Source: Escherichia coli (GTDB lineage: Bacteria; Pseudomonadota; Gammaproteobacteria; Enterobacterales; Enterobacteriaceae). Taken from it: a stretch of 64,000 bases of DNA. The notes beneath the pieces were generated by a model, which was not told where the DNA came from, did no database searches, and saw only the letters and a program-made list of their open reading frames with translations. Made by a program: the position numbers and the translations under genes. Positions 44,687-56,625 of this stretch are shown here, piece after piece; position 1 is the first letter of the stretch; every line of letters starts with the position of its first letter. The stretch lies in the NCBI RefSeq assembly GCF_002854065.1, contig NZ_CP024147.1; one strand, given 5' to 3'.

Positions 44687-44880
44687 CCAACGCCATTCAT
44701 GGCCATATCAATGATTTTCTGGTGCGTACCGGGTTGAGAAGCGGTGTAAGTGAACTGCAGTTGCCATGTTTTACGGCAGTGAGAGCAGAGATAGCGCTGA
44801 TGTCCGGCGGTGCTTTTGCCGTTACGCACCACCCCGTCAGTAGCTGAACAGGAGGGACAGCTGATAGAAACAGAAGCCAC
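44605..44880 (-). CDS. insA: IS1 InsA
   Basis: Protein identical to copy A. Confidence 0.95.
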
Positions 44881-44962
44881 TGGAGCACCTCAAAAACACC
44901 ATCATACACTAAATCAGTAAGTTGGCAGCATCACCTATTATTGTTTAGCAAAATTAATCTAA

Positions 44963-45002
44963 TAAAAAGCACATTGTATTCATTAAACAATGTGCTTTTT
45001 TT
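44963..45002. terminator. Bidirectional rho-independent terminator (AAAAAGCACATTGT-attcatta-AACAATGTGCTTTTTTT) in the 85-bp segment between the two IS1 copies. Presumptive native selB terminator.
   Basis: Perfect 10-bp stem with A/T runs on both sides. Confidence 0.75.
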
Positions 45003-45035
45003 AAAATCATAAGAATTTTGGGTAATGACTCCAAC

Positions 45036-45539
45036 TTATTGATAGTGTTTTATGTTCAGATAATGCCCGATGACTTTGTCATGCAGCTCCACCGATTTTG
45101 AGAACGACAGCGACTTCCGTCCCAGCCGTGCCAGGTGCTGCCTCAGATTCAGGTTATGCCGCTCAATTCGCTGCGTATATCGCTTGCTGATTACGTGCAG
45201 CTTTCCCTTCAGGCGGGATTCATACAGCGGCCAGCCATCCGTCATCCATATCACCACGTCAAAGGGTGACAGCAGGCTCATAAGACGCCCCAGCGTCGCC
45301 ATAGTGCGTTCACCGAATACGTGCGCAACAACCGTCTTCCGGAGCCTGTCATACGCGTAAAACAGCCAGCGCTGGCGCGATTTAGCCCCGACGTATCCCC
45401 ACTGTTCGTCCATTTCCGCGCAGACGATGACGTCACTGCCCGGCTGTATGCGCGAGGTTACCGACTGCGGCCTGAGTTTTTTAAATGGCGGAAAATCGTG
45501 TTGAGGCCAACGCCCATAATGCGGGCGGTTGCCCGGCAT
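45036..45539 (-). CDS. insB: IS1 InsB (variant: C5R, T17P, S18P, L19F, S65R)
   Basis: ORF track comparison with 44183..44686. Confidence 0.93.
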   Translation of the reverse strand: MPGNRPHYGRWPQHDFPPFKKLRPQSVTSRIQPGSDVIVCAEMDEQWGYVGAKSRQRWLFYAYDRLRKTVVAHVFGERTMATLGRLMSLLSPFDVVIWMTDGWPLYESRLKGKLHVISKRYTQRIERHNLNLRQHLARLGRKSLSFSKSVELHDKVIGHYLNIKHYQ

Positions 45540-45733
45540 CCAACGCCATTCATGGCCATATCAATGATTTTCTGGTGCGTACCGGGTTGAGAAGCGGTGT
45601 AAGTGAACTGCAGTTGCCATGTTTTACGGCAGTGAGAGCAGAGATAGCGCTGATGTCCGGCAGTGCTTTTGCCGTTACGCACCACCCCATCAGTAGCTGA
45701 ACAGGAGGGACAGCTGATAGAAACAGAAGCCAC
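45458..45733 (-). CDS. insA: IS1 InsA (variant: L81F)
   Basis: ORF track. Confidence 0.93.
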   Translation of the reverse strand: MASVSISCPSCSATDGVVRNGKSTAGHQRYLCSHCRKTWQLQFTYTASQPGTHQKIIDMAMNGVGCRATARIMGVGLNTIFRHLKNSGRSR

Positions 45734-45831
45734 TGGAGCACCTCAAAAACACCATCATACACTAAATCAGTAAGTTGGCAGCATCACCGAATTTTGTATT
45801 AATTTATTTTAAAACTTAATTAATCATTTCC

Positions 45832-47676
45832 TTATTTTTCCGGAAATAATAATGCGTCGCGCAATAAATGATCATTTCCACGACGACGCGTAAAGCCAAT
45901 GCGGTCAAAATATTCCAGGATTTGAATCGCCAGTTTTCGCCCAACCCCTAAGCGATCGCGGAAATCCGCCGCGCAGGTTGAACCACATTCCTGATCGAGA
46001 TCGCGGATCATATTGGCAAACTCGACAATCCGATCGTTACGGTAATAACGATCTTTGACGATCGCGGTAATTATCCCCTGTTGGGCCGCCTGGCGTAGCG
46101 TCAGACGCATTGCCTGCTCGTCGGTTCCCGTCTCTTTTGCCAGGTCACGCACCCACCACGGTTCGTCACCAAACAGCGGCTCTGCTTTTTGCCAGATGGC
46201 CTGCTGCTCTTCGCTGAAGCCCGCTTTGTGATCCGGCAGATGCAGCCAACCGTGATGACTGAGGATGTCGCCGCTTTCGCGCATCTTTTCAATCAGCAAC
46301 AGTACCAGCGCTTCATCTTCCATTGGCAACGCCATACGTCGCAGACGTTCGCGCCCAGGACCAGGTTCATCGCGATGTTGCTCATGATAAGTCGCTAATG
46401 TGTCGAGAATTTTCCGCTGCCAGCGGGCGGCAACTGGCGCATTCAACAAGCTATAACCAGCCTGAATATAGCCCGGCTGTTGCAGTAGTTCGCGCATCCC
46501 TTCGCCGTTGAGCTGGCGTGCCCAGGCGAAATCCGCAAGGTTAACCGCTCCGCGTTCCAGATGAACAGATAACGCATCGGCATCGCTCTGCGCCCGTGCA
46601 AGAGACGCCAGCCATTGCAGATATTCCGGCTTACGTTTACCGCGACGCGGCGGGTTAAGCATCACCACACGTGCCCCCGCCAGCGTATTGCGGGCCGAGA
46701 TATCGCGCAACACTAAGCGATCGTTATCCGCCAGCCACAGCGGCGTGTCGAACACCAGCTCGGCAAGGTTATCTTCCAGCAGCGAAACGCGTCCCGTAAC
46801 GTGGCTGGCGGCGTGGTGAATATGCAGCGGCTGCCACTGGGTCAGCGGCGTATGGGTTTGAAGCTCGACAATCACCCGCGTGAACGGCTCTGGCGGCACA
46901 TCGGCAAGCAGCCAGTCGCCACGGTTAATCTGCTCTTTTTCCGCATCCCCCGCGATGTTAAGCGCGATACGCTGGCCGGCATGAGCGGTTTCTGTTGGCT
47001 GGTTTTGTGCATGCAGCGCACGTACACGCATCGGTTTATTTACACCAGTCAGCCATAGTGAATCGCCTACCGTCACTTCCCCGCTTAACGCCGTACCGGT
47101 GACGACCAGCCCGGCACCTTTTACGGTAAATGCGCGGTCGATCGCGAGGCGGAAACTATGTTGGCTGGCGTGTTCACGTTCTGGTAACTGAAGCAGATGC
47201 TCGCGCAGGGCATCAATTCCCCGACCCTCGGTTGCTGCGGTGATAAACAGTTTTGCCTCAGCAAAACCGTATTCCCGCAGCACCTCCTTTACCTGGCGTT
47301 CAACCTCATTAACACGCGCTTCGTCCACGCGATCGGCTTTGGTCAGCGCCACTGTCAGCATCGGGTTACCGGTCAGCTGCAAAATCGCCAGATGCTCACG
47401 GGTCTGTGCCATCACACCGTCATCGCACGCCACCACCAACAGCGCGTGATCGATACCACCAACGCCCGCCAGCATGTTGGAAAGAAACTTTTCATGACCG
47501 GGTACGTCGATAAAACCAGGCACGCGACCATCCGGCTGCGGCCAGTAGGCATAGCCGAGATCGATGGTCATGCCGCGCTTTTTTTCTTCCGGCAGACGAT
47601 CGGCATTTACGCCAGTAATCGCCTGCAATAAGGTTGTTTTGCCGTGGTCAACGTGTCCGGCAGTCGCAATAATCAT
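45832..47676 (-). CDS. selB: Selenocysteine-specific elongation factor
   Basis: 614 aa, G domain [11 protein letters not shown]. Confidence 0.96.
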   Translation of the reverse strand: MIIATAGHVDHGKTTLLQAITGVNADRLPEEKKRGMTIDLGYAYWPQPDGRVPGFIDVPGHEKFLSNMLAGVGGIDHALLVVACDDGVMAQTREHLAILQLTGNPMLTVALTKADRVDEARVNEVERQVKEVLREYGFAEAKLFITAATEGRGIDALREHLLQLPEREHASQHSFRLAIDRAFTVKGAGLVVTGTALSGEVTVGDSLWLTGVNKPMRVRALHAQNQPTETAHAGQRIALNIAGDAEKEQINRGDWLLADVPPEPFTRVIVELQTHTPLTQWQPLHIHHAASHVTGRVSLLEDNLAELVFDTPLWLADNDRLVLRDISARNTLAGARVVMLNPPRRGKRKPEYLQWLASLARAQSDADALSVHLERGAVNLADFAWARQLNGEGMRELLQQPGYIQAGYSLLNAPVAARWQRKILDTLATYHEQHRDEPGPGRERLRRMALPMEDEALVLLLIEKMRESGDILSHHGWLHLPDHKAGFSEEQQAIWQKAEPLFGDEPWWVRDLAKETGTDEQAMRLTLRQAAQQGIITAIVKDRYYRNDRIVEFANMIRDLDQECGSTCAADFRDRLGVGRKLAIQILEYFDRIGFTRRRGNDHLLRDALLFPEK

Positions 47677-49064
47677 TTCAACAACATCTCCAAAAACCGT
47701 TGCTCATCTTCAAGGCAGCGTAAATCCAGCCACAATCGTCCGTCATAAATACGACCAATCACCGGCACTGGCAATTCACGCCAGCGGGCGGCTAATGACT
47801 CAAGGTGGCTACCGCGTCCATCATGGGGTGTAAACGTTAATGCCGCGCTCGGCAGGCGATCAACCGGCAGCGAACCACTGCCAATCTGCGAAAGACATGG
47901 CATAACCTGTACCGCAAACTCCGCGCCGTAATGTGCGGCAAGGGGAGCCTGTAAACGTTGTGCCTGGATTTGAATGACCTCTGCGCTGCGGGTAAGCAGG
48001 CGCAGGGTCGGTAATTTTTCACTCAGAGCTTCAGGGTGTAAATAAAGACGCAACGTGGCTTCCAACGCCGCGAGGGTCATTTTATCCGCGCGTAATGCAC
48101 GCTTCAGCGGGTGGCTTTGCAGGCGGGCGATCATCTCTTTTTTACCAACAATAATTCCTGCCTGCGGCCCGCCTAACAACTTGTCGCCGGAGAAGCTCAC
48201 CAGACTGACGCCCGCCGCAATCAACTCCTGCGGCATTGGCTCTTTCGGCAAACCGTACTGGCTAAGATCGACCAGCGAGCCACTGCCTAAATCAGTCACT
48301 ACGGGAACATCCAGCTCTTTGCCGAGCGCCACCAGTTCAGCTTCGTCTATCGCTTTGGTGAACCCCTGAATGCTGTAGTTACTGGTATGTACTTTCATCA
48401 ACAGTGCGGTATTTTCATTCACCGCCTGACGATAATCATTCGCGTGCGTGCGGTTGGTGGTCCCTACTTCGTGTAGGGTGCAGCCTGCCTGACGCATAAC
48501 ATCGGGAATACGAAACGCGCCGCCAATCTCCACCAGTTCGCCGCGAGATACCACTACCTCTTTCCCGCTGGCAATGGCCGCCAACATCAATAACACCGCC
48601 GCCGCATTGTTATTAACGATACAGGCATCTTCCGCCCCCGTAATACGGCACAGCAACTGCGCCAGCGCACGATCGCGATGTCCGCGTCCGGCGTCGTCCA
48701 GATCGTACTCGAGGGTCACTGGCGAACGCATAGCCTGCGCAACGGCTTCCACCGCGGCTTCCGCCTGTAAAGCTCGCCCAAGGTTGGTATGCAGCACGGT
48801 TCCCGTCAGGTTGATCACCGGACGCAGCGCACTCTGCGCCTCTTTCGTCAACCGGGCATCGACTTCTTGCGCCCAGTTTTCACACCACGCAGGCAGCGTC
48901 TGGCTGCCACGAATCACTTCTCGCGCTTCGTCGAGCATCTGACGCAACAATTCCACCACGCGGGTGTGACCATAAGTATCACGCAAAGAAAGGAAGGAGC
49001 TATCGCGCAATAAGCGATCAATAGCCGGAAGTTGACTATAGAGGGAACGCGTTTCGGTTGTCAT
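47673..49064 (-). CDS. selA: L-seryl-tRNA(Sec) selenium transferase
   Basis: 463 aa, [21 protein letters not shown]. Confidence 0.96.
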   Translation of the reverse strand: MTTETRSLYSQLPAIDRLLRDSSFLSLRDTYGHTRVVELLRQMLDEAREVIRGSQTLPAWCENWAQEVDARLTKEAQSALRPVINLTGTVLHTNLGRALQAEAAVEAVAQAMRSPVTLEYDLDDAGRGHRDRALAQLLCRITGAEDACIVNNNAAAVLLMLAAIASGKEVVVSRGELVEIGGAFRIPDVMRQAGCTLHEVGTTNRTHANDYRQAVNENTALLMKVHTSNYSIQGFTKAIDEAELVALGKELDVPVVTDLGSGSLVDLSQYGLPKEPMPQELIAAGVSLVSFSGDKLLGGPQAGIIVGKKEMIARLQSHPLKRALRADKMTLAALEATLRLYLHPEALSEKLPTLRLLTRSAEVIQIQAQRLQAPLAAHYGAEFAVQVMPCLSQIGSGSLPVDRLPSAALTFTPHDGRGSHLESLAARWRELPVPVIGRIYDGRLWLDLRCLEDEQRFLEMLLK

Positions 49065-49161
49065 AGGAAACCTGGCTGATCAAGGCCCTCTCACACGGAG
49101 AAGAGCGTTTAACATAACCACGGATTGTAACGTGAGATGGGTCAGGAGGACATATCGCGCA

Positions 49162-49770
49162 TCAAGCCTTTGGCGGTTCGGTGCGAGCAAAACTTTCGCG
49201 GCTAAACAGGTTTTCGACCAGTTTGACTAAGTGTGGGCGGTCGACACACCAACCTGGCGCAACGCGGCGGAAATTGAGATATCCGACGGCACAGGCAATA
49301 GCGATAGTCGCCAGATTGACCGTATCGGTTTTGAGTGTGCCATCGACCAGATATCCTTCCAGCACATCCAGACTGCGGTTGATTTTCTCCCGCTGGCGTA
49401 ACAATTCATCTTCAGACTGCTGCGCCGCTGGACGCGCCTGTTCACGCACCGATACCAGCCCGGCATCCATAATGCCATCCGCCAGTGCCTCAATTTTGCG
49501 CACCCGCAACGACTCCAGCGGATCGCGCGGCAACATCGCCGGAGCGACATTCATTAATTCAATATATTCAGCGATGATCGGCGAATCAAACCAGCATTCG
49601 CCCTCTTCGGTCACCAGCACCGGCACTTTTCCTAACGGGTTAAATTGCGCCACGCCGTTGTCCGCGTTATAGGGCAGTTCATTAATAAATTCGAAAGTTA
49701 TGCCCTTTTCTAACAACAGAATAGAAAGTTTGCGTACAAACGGGCTGGTGTAGCTACCGACGAGTTTCAT
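49162..49770 (-). CDS. yibF: Glutathione S-transferase-like protein YibF
   Basis: 202 aa. GST N- and C-terminal domains. Confidence 0.9.
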
Positions 49771-49840
49771 GCCGAGTCCTTTGTGCGAGGAAAAATATCA
49801 GTATGGCTCAGGCTCACGCAAAACACAGGTGATATAAGTC

Positions 49841-50977
49841 TCAATGATCCAAATAAAGATAATGCATCCAGCTGGTCATTCTTAGCAGCACTTTTCGCAT
49901 CACCGAAACATGGCTGAAATGGTCGGAGTAAACTGCCACCTGGGCGTAAATGCCGTCGGGTAAGGCATCGATATCATCGTTAGGGTCCAGTTCAATGGTT
50001 CCCAGCACACCGTCCGTGCCGGGCACGACCGTTAATGATTGCAATACCCCCTGCGCCTGATAAGAACCGCCTGGCACGACAGGTAAAATACTGGTCAGTT
50101 TGCCGTGGAACACCTGCCCAGGTAGCGCGTTAAACACCACTTCCGCATCATCGCCAGGTTTCAGACGTAACAGCGAGTTTTGCCGAAATTGGGCGACAAT
50201 TTGCCGTTTTTGCTCGGGGATGAAAACCATCACCGGACGCAACGGCAAGGCAGCTGCGTATGTGCCTGGGCGGATCAGTACCTGAGTGACGTAGCCATTG
50301 CTTGGTGCGCGAATGACGGTCTGTTCAAGGTTATATTTTGCTTCTGTAAGTTGCGCTCTTAAGCTCACAATCTGCGATTGCTCGCCGTTGACCATACTGT
50401 CGAGCTGACTCTGGATCTGCGCCTGCTCCGCCACCGAGCCTTTCACTAACGCATCCTGCGCGAGGAAATTTTGCCGCGCATCGTCGATGTCACGTTCCGA
50501 GAACGGATTCACCGCCGCCTGGCTGCCTTTCAGATAACGTTGATAATTTTTAAACAGACGGTCGCGCTCCGCTGAAACCTGGGTGGTGTTGGCCTGCGCT
50601 TCAGTGAGCTGCGCGCGCAGCGTCTTTATATTATGCGTCGCCGTCATCAGGTCAGCCTGAAGTCTGTCAACTCGCGCCTGGTAACGAACCGGGTCGAGCT
50701 TAAAAAGCACCTCGCCCTTTTGAATAAGCTGATTATTCTTGTCAGTGACTTCAGTAACAATTCCCGTCACCTGTGGCGTGATGGGGATCGCTATCACTGC
50801 CTTTTGCGCGGTAAAAGTGTAAGGGTGGTTGTAGTTCATCAACAAAATCAAACCACTCACCAGAAACACGCCTCCCAGCGCCGCCGTCGCCAGCGTCCAC
50901 TGATTCACCGGAATGCGGAAGATTTTAAAGACCGCCCACGCCAACGCCACGTAAGTTAAAACAATCAATAGATCCAT
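49841..50977 (-). CDS. yibH: HlyD-family membrane-fusion protein YibH (paralog of YiaV)
   Basis: 378 aa, ~70% identical to the 39442..40578 product. Confidence 0.9.
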   Translation of the reverse strand: MDLLIVLTYVALAWAVFKIFRIPVNQWTLATAALGGVFLVSGLILLMNYNHPYTFTAQKAVIAIPITPQVTGIVTEVTDKNNQLIQKGEVLFKLDPVRYQARVDRLQADLMTATHNIKTLRAQLTEAQANTTQVSAERDRLFKNYQRYLKGSQAAVNPFSERDIDDARQNFLAQDALVKGSVAEQAQIQSQLDSMVNGEQSQIVSLRAQLTEAKYNLEQTVIRAPSNGYVTQVLIRPGTYAAALPLRPVMVFIPEQKRQIVAQFRQNSLLRLKPGDDAEVVFNALPGQVFHGKLTSILPVVPGGSYQAQGVLQSLTVVPGTDGVLGTIELDPNDDIDALPDGIYAQVAVYSDHFSHVSVMRKVLLRMTSWMHYLYLDH

Positions 50978-50979
50978 AA

Positions 50980-51342
50980 TTAGATCTCCGGGAACGTGGA
51001 ATAGTCAGTCTTTTTCTCGGCGGCGAGTTGGTGCTCCAGCCGGGAAATTCGGTCAGAAAGTGCGGCGATTTCCGGGTCAGTCGCTTTCTCCTGCGACGCA
51101 ACATGTGACTGCATACCCCAGCCACGCTCCGGTTGATAGAGCGTCGCCCAGATCCACAGAAACGGCCAGATAACATGCAGAGTAAACAGGCTCACCCAGC
51201 CCGCCGTATGAATAGCGTCGGCATGGGGATGGTTGCGCTTTTTGGCAATCAGATAAGGGATGTCATGTATCGCGATGATTCCATAAAAAATCACCAGAAA
51301 GACGAAGATCAGCACTCCCAACGCGAAATAGTTTAGAAACAT
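50980..51342 (-). CDS. yibI: DUF3302 small membrane protein YibI (paralog of YiaW)
   Basis: 120 aa. Confidence 0.88.
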   Translation of the reverse strand: MFLNYFALGVLIFVFLVIFYGIIAIHDIPYLIAKKRNHPHADAIHTAGWVSLFTLHVIWPFLWIWATLYQPERGWGMQSHVASQEKATDPEIAALSDRISRLEHQLAAEKKTDYSTFPEI

Positions 51343-51459
51343 ATTTGCCTCGGATTCACGTTTATCAGTGTTGTTTTTTGGCTGGCAGCCAGAAGGGAGT
51401 CAGGCTGATATTTTGACAATAATCCGGGTTCGCGATTCTCGCCATAACACCAAAGAATA

Positions 51460-51760
51460 ATTTTTAGAGGTGATGAGTTGCTTAGTTACATAACGATTGT
51501 ATGACGAAGGCATAACATGCTGTAGATCACATCAGGTGAACGCCGTAAGAAAATATCTTGTGATTCAGATCACAAAGATTCAACAAACCATCAAAACAAA
51601 AATGTGACATTAGTCACATTTAAATGCCATTTTTAGCGAAAATCGCCGCCTTGTTGCTTTTTTACACAAGCGTTTTGTGATGAACATCACGTCAATTACC
51701 TCTCTACCCCCTATATTTATGTGATTGATATCACACAAAAGGCCGTCGACTGGACAGTTA
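51460..51760 (+). promoter_or_regulatory. mtlADR promoter/operator region with four CRP-consensus-like palindromes (TGTGA-N6-TCACA) at 51559..51574, 51603..51618, 51676..51691 and 51720..51735
   Basis: Palindromes read from the sequence. Established: the mtl promoter has multiple CRP sites and MtlR/operator control. Confidence 0.7.
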
Positions 51761-51878
51761 ACCGATTCAGTGCCAGATTTCGCAGTATCTACAAGGTCCG
51801 GCTACCTCTGCCGCCACATTAACAAAAAACCTCGGGCTTCCAGCCTGCGCGACAGCAAACATAAGAAGGGGTGTTTTT

Positions 51879-53792
51879 ATGTCATCCGATATTAAGATCA
51901 AAGTGCAAAGCTTTGGTCGTTTCCTCAGCAACATGGTGATGCCAAATATCGGCGCGTTTATCGCGTGGGGTATCATCACCGCGTTATTTATTCCAACAGG
52001 GTGGTTACCGAACGAGACGCTGGCGAAGCTGGTCGGGCCGATGATCACTTATCTCCTGCCGCTGCTGATCGGTTATACCGGTGGTAAGCTGGTAGGCGGC
52101 GAACGTGGCGGCGTAGTCGGTGCCATCACCACCATGGGCGTTATCGTCGGCGCAGACATGCCGATGTTCCTCGGTTCTATGATTGCAGGTCCGCTGGGCG
52201 GCTGGTGCATTAAGCACTTCGACCGCTGGGTAGACGGTAAGATCAAATCCGGTTTTGAGATGCTGGTGAATAACTTCTCCGCAGGCATCATCGGGATGAT
52301 CCTCGCCATTCTGGCATTTCTCGGCATTGGCCCGATTGTTGAAGCCCTGTCCAAAATGCTGGCTGCGGGCGTTAACTTCATGGTTGTCCATGACATGCTG
52401 CCGCTGGCGTCTATCTTTGTTGAACCGGCGAAAATCCTGTTCCTCAACAACGCCATTAACCACGGTATCTTCTCGCCGCTGGGTATTCAGCAGTCCCATG
52501 AACTGGGTAAATCCATATTCTTCCTGATTGAAGCTAACCCAGGTCCGGGTATGGGCGTGCTGCTGGCGTACATGTTCTTTGGTCGTGGTAGCGCTAAACA
52601 GTCTGCGGGCGGTGCGGCAATTATCCACTTCCTGGGTGGTATCCACGAAATTTACTTCCCGTATGTGTTGATGAATCCGCGTCTGATCCTGGCCGTTATC
52701 CTCGGCGGTATGACTGGCGTGTTCACGCTGACTATCCTGGGCGGTGGTCTGGTTTCTCCGGCATCTCCGGGTTCTATCCTTGCTGTACTGGCGATGACAC
52801 CAAAAGGTGCTTATTTCGCTAACATCGCGGGTGTGTGTGCGGCGATGGCTGTCTCCTTTGTTGTCTCTGCTATTTTGCTGAAAACCAGCAAAGTGAAAGA
52901 AGAAGATGATATTGAAGCAGCAACTCGTCGTATGCAGGACATGAAAGCTGAGTCTAAAGGTGCATCTCCGCTGTCTGCGGGCGATGTGACTAACGACCTG
53001 AGCCACGTACGTAAAATCATCGTTGCCTGTGACGCCGGTATGGGTTCAAGTGCGATGGGCGCAGGCGTGCTGCGTAAGAAAATTCAGGATGCAGGTCTGT
53101 CGCAGATTTCGGTCACTAACAGTGCGATCAACAACCTGCCGCCAGATGTGGACCTCGTCATCACTCACCGTGACCTGACCGAACGCGCTATGCGCCAGGT
53201 TCCGCAGGCACAGCATATTTCGCTGACCAACTTCCTCGACAGCGGCCTGTACACCAGCCTGACCGAACGTCTGGTTGCTGCCCAGCGCCATACTGAAAAC
53301 GAAGTGAAAGTGAAAGACAGTCTGAAAGACAGCTTTGACGATTCCAGTGCTAACCTGTTCAAACTGGGCGCGGAGAACATCTTCCTCGGTCGCAAAGCGG
53401 CCACCAAAGAAGAAGCGATTCGTTTTGCTGGCGAGCAGCTGGTGAAAGGCGGTTACGTTGAGCCGGAATACGTTCAGGCGATGCTGGATCGTGAAAAACT
53501 GACCCCGACTTATCTGGGTGAGTCTATCGCGGTGCCACACGGTACGGTTGAAGCGAAAGATCGCGTACTGAAAACGGGCGTGGTGTTCTGCCAGTACCCG
53601 GAAGGCGTGCGCTTCGGTGAAGAAGAAGATGACATTGCCCGTCTGGTGATTGGTATTGCTGCCCGTAACAACGAGCACATTCAGGTTATCACCAGCCTGA
53701 CCAATGCACTGGATGATGAGTCCGTCATCGAGCGTCTGGCACACACCACCAGCGTGGATGAAGTGCTGGAACTGCTGGCAGGTCATAAGTAA
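51879..53792 (+). CDS. mtlA: Mannitol-specific PTS EIICBA
   Basis: 637 aa. Confidence 0.97.
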   Translation: MSSDIKIKVQSFGRFLSNMVMPNIGAFIAWGIITALFIPTGWLPNETLAKLVGPMITYLLPLLIGYTGGKLVGGERGGVVGAITTMGVIVGADMPMFLGSMIAGPLGGWCIKHFDRWVDGKIKSGFEMLVNNFSAGIIGMILAILAFLGIGPIVEALSKMLAAGVNFMVVHDMLPLASIFVEPAKILFLNNAINHGIFSPLGIQQSHELGKSIFFLIEANPGPGMGVLLAYMFFGRGSAKQSAGGAAIIHFLGGIHEIYFPYVLMNPRLILAVILGGMTGVFTLTILGGGLVSPASPGSILAVLAMTPKGAYFANIAGVCAAMAVSFVVSAILLKTSKVKEEDDIEAATRRMQDMKAESKGASPLSAGDVTNDLSHVRKIIVACDAGMGSSAMGAGVLRKKIQDAGLSQISVTNSAINNLPPDVDLVITHRDLTERAMRQVPQAQHISLTNFLDSGLYTSLTERLVAAQRHTENEVKVKDSLKDSFDDSSANLFKLGAENIFLGRKAATKEEAIRFAGEQLVKGGYVEPEYVQAMLDREKLTPTYLGESIAVPHGTVEAKDRVLKTGVVFCQYPEGVRFGEEEDDIARLVIGIAARNNEHIQVITSLTNALDDESVIERLAHTTSVDEVLELLAGHK

Positions 53793-53794
53793 TC

Positions 53795-53995
<201 letters not shown>

Positions 53996-54021
53996 TAAAA
54001 ACATTGATGAAGGTTAATACT

Positions 54022-55170
54022 ATGAAAGCATTACATTTTGGCGCAGGTAATATCGGTCGTGGCTTTATCGGTAAACTGCTGGCAGACGCGGGTATACAAC
54101 TGACGTTTGCCGATGTCAATCAGGTGGTACTTGATGCCCTGAATGCCCGTCATAGCTATCAGGTTCATGTGGTAGGTGAAACCGAGCAGGTAGATACCGT
54201 TTCCGGCGTCAATGCTGTCAGCAGCATTGGTGATGATGTCGTTGATCTCATTGCTCAGGTTGATTTAGTCACTACCGCCGTTGGCCCGGTAGTGCTGGAA
54301 CGTATTGCTCCGGCTATCGCCAAAGGGCTGGTGAAACGTAAAGAACAAGGTAATGAATCTCCGCTGAACATCATCGCTTGTGAAAACATGGTCCGCGGCA
54401 CCACGCAACTGAAAGGCCATGTGATGAACGCCCTGCCGGAAGACGCCAAAGCGTGGGTAGAAGAACACGTTGGCTTTGTCGATTCCGCCGTTGACCGCAT
54501 CGTACCGCCTTCGGCTTCGGCAACTAACGATCCGCTGGAAGTGACGGTAGAAACCTTCAGCGAATGGATTGTCGATAAAACTCAGTTCAAAGGCGCACTG
54601 CCGAACATCCCAGGCATGGAGTTAACCGACAACCTGATGGCATTTGTCGAACGTAAACTCTTCACCCTGAACACGGGTCATGCTATAACCGCGTACCTCG
54701 GAAAACTGGCCGGTCATCAGACCATTCGTGACGCTATTCTCGACGAGAAAATCCGCGCGGTGGTAAAAGGTGCGATGGAAGAAAGTGGCGCGGTACTGAT
54801 CAAGCGTTACGGCTTTGACGCTGACAAGCATGCGGCGTACATCCAGAAAATCCTCGGTCGTTTTGAGAACCCGTATCTGAAAGATGATGTAGAGCGCGTA
54901 GGCCGTCAGCCGCTGCGTAAACTGAGCGCAGGCGACCGTCTGATCAAGCCACTGCTCGGTACGCTGGAATACGGCCTCCCGTACAAAAATCTGATTCAGG
55001 GAATTGCCGCTGCAATGCACTTCCGCAGTGAAGATGATCCACAGGCTCAGGAACTGGCAGCACTGATCGCCGACAAAGGTCCGCAGGCGTCGCTGGCACA
55101 GATTTCCGGGCTTGATGCCAACAGCGAGGTTGTATCTGAGGCGGTAACCGCTTATAAAGCAATGCAATAA
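54022..55170 (+). CDS. mtlD: Mannitol-1-phosphate 5-dehydrogenase
   Basis: [17 protein letters not shown]..., 382 aa. The track ORF 53704..55170 is over-extended through the REP region. Confidence 0.96.
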   Translation: MKALHFGAGNIGRGFIGKLLADAGIQLTFADVNQVVLDALNARHSYQVHVVGETEQVDTVSGVNAVSSIGDDVVDLIAQVDLVTTAVGPVVLERIAPAIAKGLVKRKEQGNESPLNIIACENMVRGTTQLKGHVMNALPEDAKAWVEEHVGFVDSAVDRIVPPSASATNDPLEVTVETFSEWIVDKTQFKGALPNIPGMELTDNLMAFVERKLFTLNTGHAITAYLGKLAGHQTIRDAILDEKIRAVVKGAMEESGAVLIKRYGFDADKHAAYIQKILGRFENPYLKDDVERVGRQPLRKLSAGDRLIKPLLGTLEYGLPYKNLIQGIAAAMHFRSEDDPQAQELAALIADKGPQASLAQISGLDANSEVVSEAVTAYKAMQ

Positions 55171-55757
55171 TGGTGGACCAGGCGCAGGACACCCTGCGCC
55201 CGAATAACAGATTGTCAGATATGCAGGCAACAATGGAACAAACCCAGGCCTTTGAAAACCGTGTGCTTGAGCGTCTGAATGCTGGCAAAACCGTGCGAAG
55301 CTTTCTGATCACCGCCGTCGAGCTCCTGACCGAGGCGGTAAATCTTCTGGTGCTTCAGGTATTCCGCAAAGACGATTACGCGGTGAAATATGCTGTAGAA
55401 CCGTTACTCGACGGCGATGGTCCGCTGGGCGATCTTTCTGTGCGTTTAAAACTCATTTACGGGTTGGGCGTCATTAACCGCCTGGAATACGAAGATGCGG
55501 AGCTGCTGATGGCATTGCGTGAAGAACTAAATCACGACGGCAACGAGTACGCCTTTACCGACGACGAGATCCTTGGACCCTTTGGTGAACTGCACTGCGT
55601 GGCGGCGTTACCACCGCCGCCACAGTTTGAACCAGCAGACTCCAGTTTGTATGCAATGCAAATTCAGCGCTATCAACAGGCTGTGCGATCAACAATGGTC
55701 CTTTCACTGACAGAGCTGATTTCCAAAATCAGCTTAAAAAAAGCCTTTCAAAAGTAA
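55170..55757 (+). CDS. mtlR: Mannitol operon repressor
   Basis: 195 aa. Confidence 0.93.
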   Translation: MVDQAQDTLRPNNRLSDMQATMEQTQAFENRVLERLNAGKTVRSFLITAVELLTEAVNLLVLQVFRKDDYAVKYAVEPLLDGDGPLGDLSVRLKLIYGLGVINRLEYEDAELLMALREELNHDGNEYAFTDDEILGPFGELHCVAALPPPPQFEPADSSLYAMQIQRYQQAVRSTMVLSLTELISKISLKKAFQK

Positions 55758-55768
55758 GCAACGTCTGC

Positions 55769-55978
55769 TTACTGCCCCTCTACCTGCTTCGGCCGATAAA
55801 GCCGACGATAATACTCCAGACGTTGTAGATATAACGGCACGCTTTCATCGGGTATTCCGGACGGAATCGCGTTACGGGGAGGAAGTTTTTTCAGATACTC
55901 CCGGAACGCCTGACTTGATGCCATGAAATCTACGGCTTTATCGATAAGAAGCGGAACGTTTTCACCTAATTTGCCCAT
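55769..55978 (-). CDS. yibT: Small protein YibT
   Basis: 69 aa, [42 protein letters not shown]... Confidence 0.8.
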
Positions 55979-56262
55979 GATGATATCTCCGTATTACCCC
56001 GCGCCGGGAATGCGCGGCCGCCAATTTTAGTTTAGGTTCCCGGTAAAGATGACATTAAGGAAAACGTGCTGAATCCTCAATAATCATCCGCTTCTGTTTA
56101 TTATCTTTTTTCTATAGATTTCTTAATTAATCAATAAATTGCGTAGTTTTTAAGCATATTAATGATTACGTTGCAGAACTATTGCAATGTCATCAGTTGT
56201 GAACAAAGCACCTGGTCGCGCATACTAGGGGCTATAAATTTATCTTTATCAGAAGCCATCAC

Positions 56263-56625
56263 ATGAAAGAAGTCGAAAAAAACGAAATCAAACGTCTCAG
56301 CGATCGTCTGGACGCCATCCGCCACCAGCAGGCCGATCTGTCGCTGGTTGAAGCCGCAGACAAATATGCCGAGCTGGAAAAAGAGAAAGCCACGCTGGAA
56401 GCAGAAATTGCCCGCCTGCGTGAAGTTCACAGCCAGAAACTGAGTAAAGAAGCACAGAAGCTGATGAAGATGCCGTTTCAGCGCGCAATTACCAAAAAAG
56501 AGCAGGCTGATATGGGCAAGCTGAAGAAAAGTGTTCGCGGACTGGTGGTTGTTCACCCAATGACCGCGCTGGGCCGCGAAATGGGCCTGGAAGAGATGAC
56601 CGGCTTCTCAAAGACCGCGTTTTAA
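56263..56625 (+). CDS. yibL: Ribosome-associated protein YibL (DUF2810)
   Basis: 120 aa. Confidence 0.88.
   Translation: MKEVEKNEIKRLSDRLDAIRHQQADLSLVEAADKYAELEKEKATLEAEIARLREVHSQKLSKEAQKLMKMPFQRAITKKEQADMGKLKKSVRGLVVVHPMTALGREMGLEEMTGFSKTAF

Larger units (their letters stand above)
44168..44935 (-). mobile_element. IS1: IS1 copy B (768 bp), with no target-site duplication
   Basis: Both IS1 terminal repeats are present. insB at 44183..44686 and insA at 44605..44880 on the minus strand. The flanks (CGCCCGCCA / TATTATTGT) differ, indicating an adjacent deletion. Confidence 0.95.
45021..45788 (-). mobile_element. IS1: IS1 copy C (768 bp), sequence variant, with an 8–9-bp target duplication (G)AATTTTG
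   Basis: IS1 ends present. The flanks 45012..45020 and 45789..45796 are direct repeats. Its InsA/InsB differ from copies A/B at several residues. Confidence 0.93.

Noticed and set aside
44936-45020. Possible foreign cargo between the two IS1 copies (composite transposon)
   Set aside because: Only 85 bp with a single terminator hairpin. It is best explained as native selB-downstream intergenic DNA left between an intergenic IS1 insertion and an IS1-mediated deletion endpoint.
52005-53786. 333-aa and 246-aa minus-strand ORFs inside mtlA
   Set aside because: Antisense to mtlA. Biased composition. No supporting signals.
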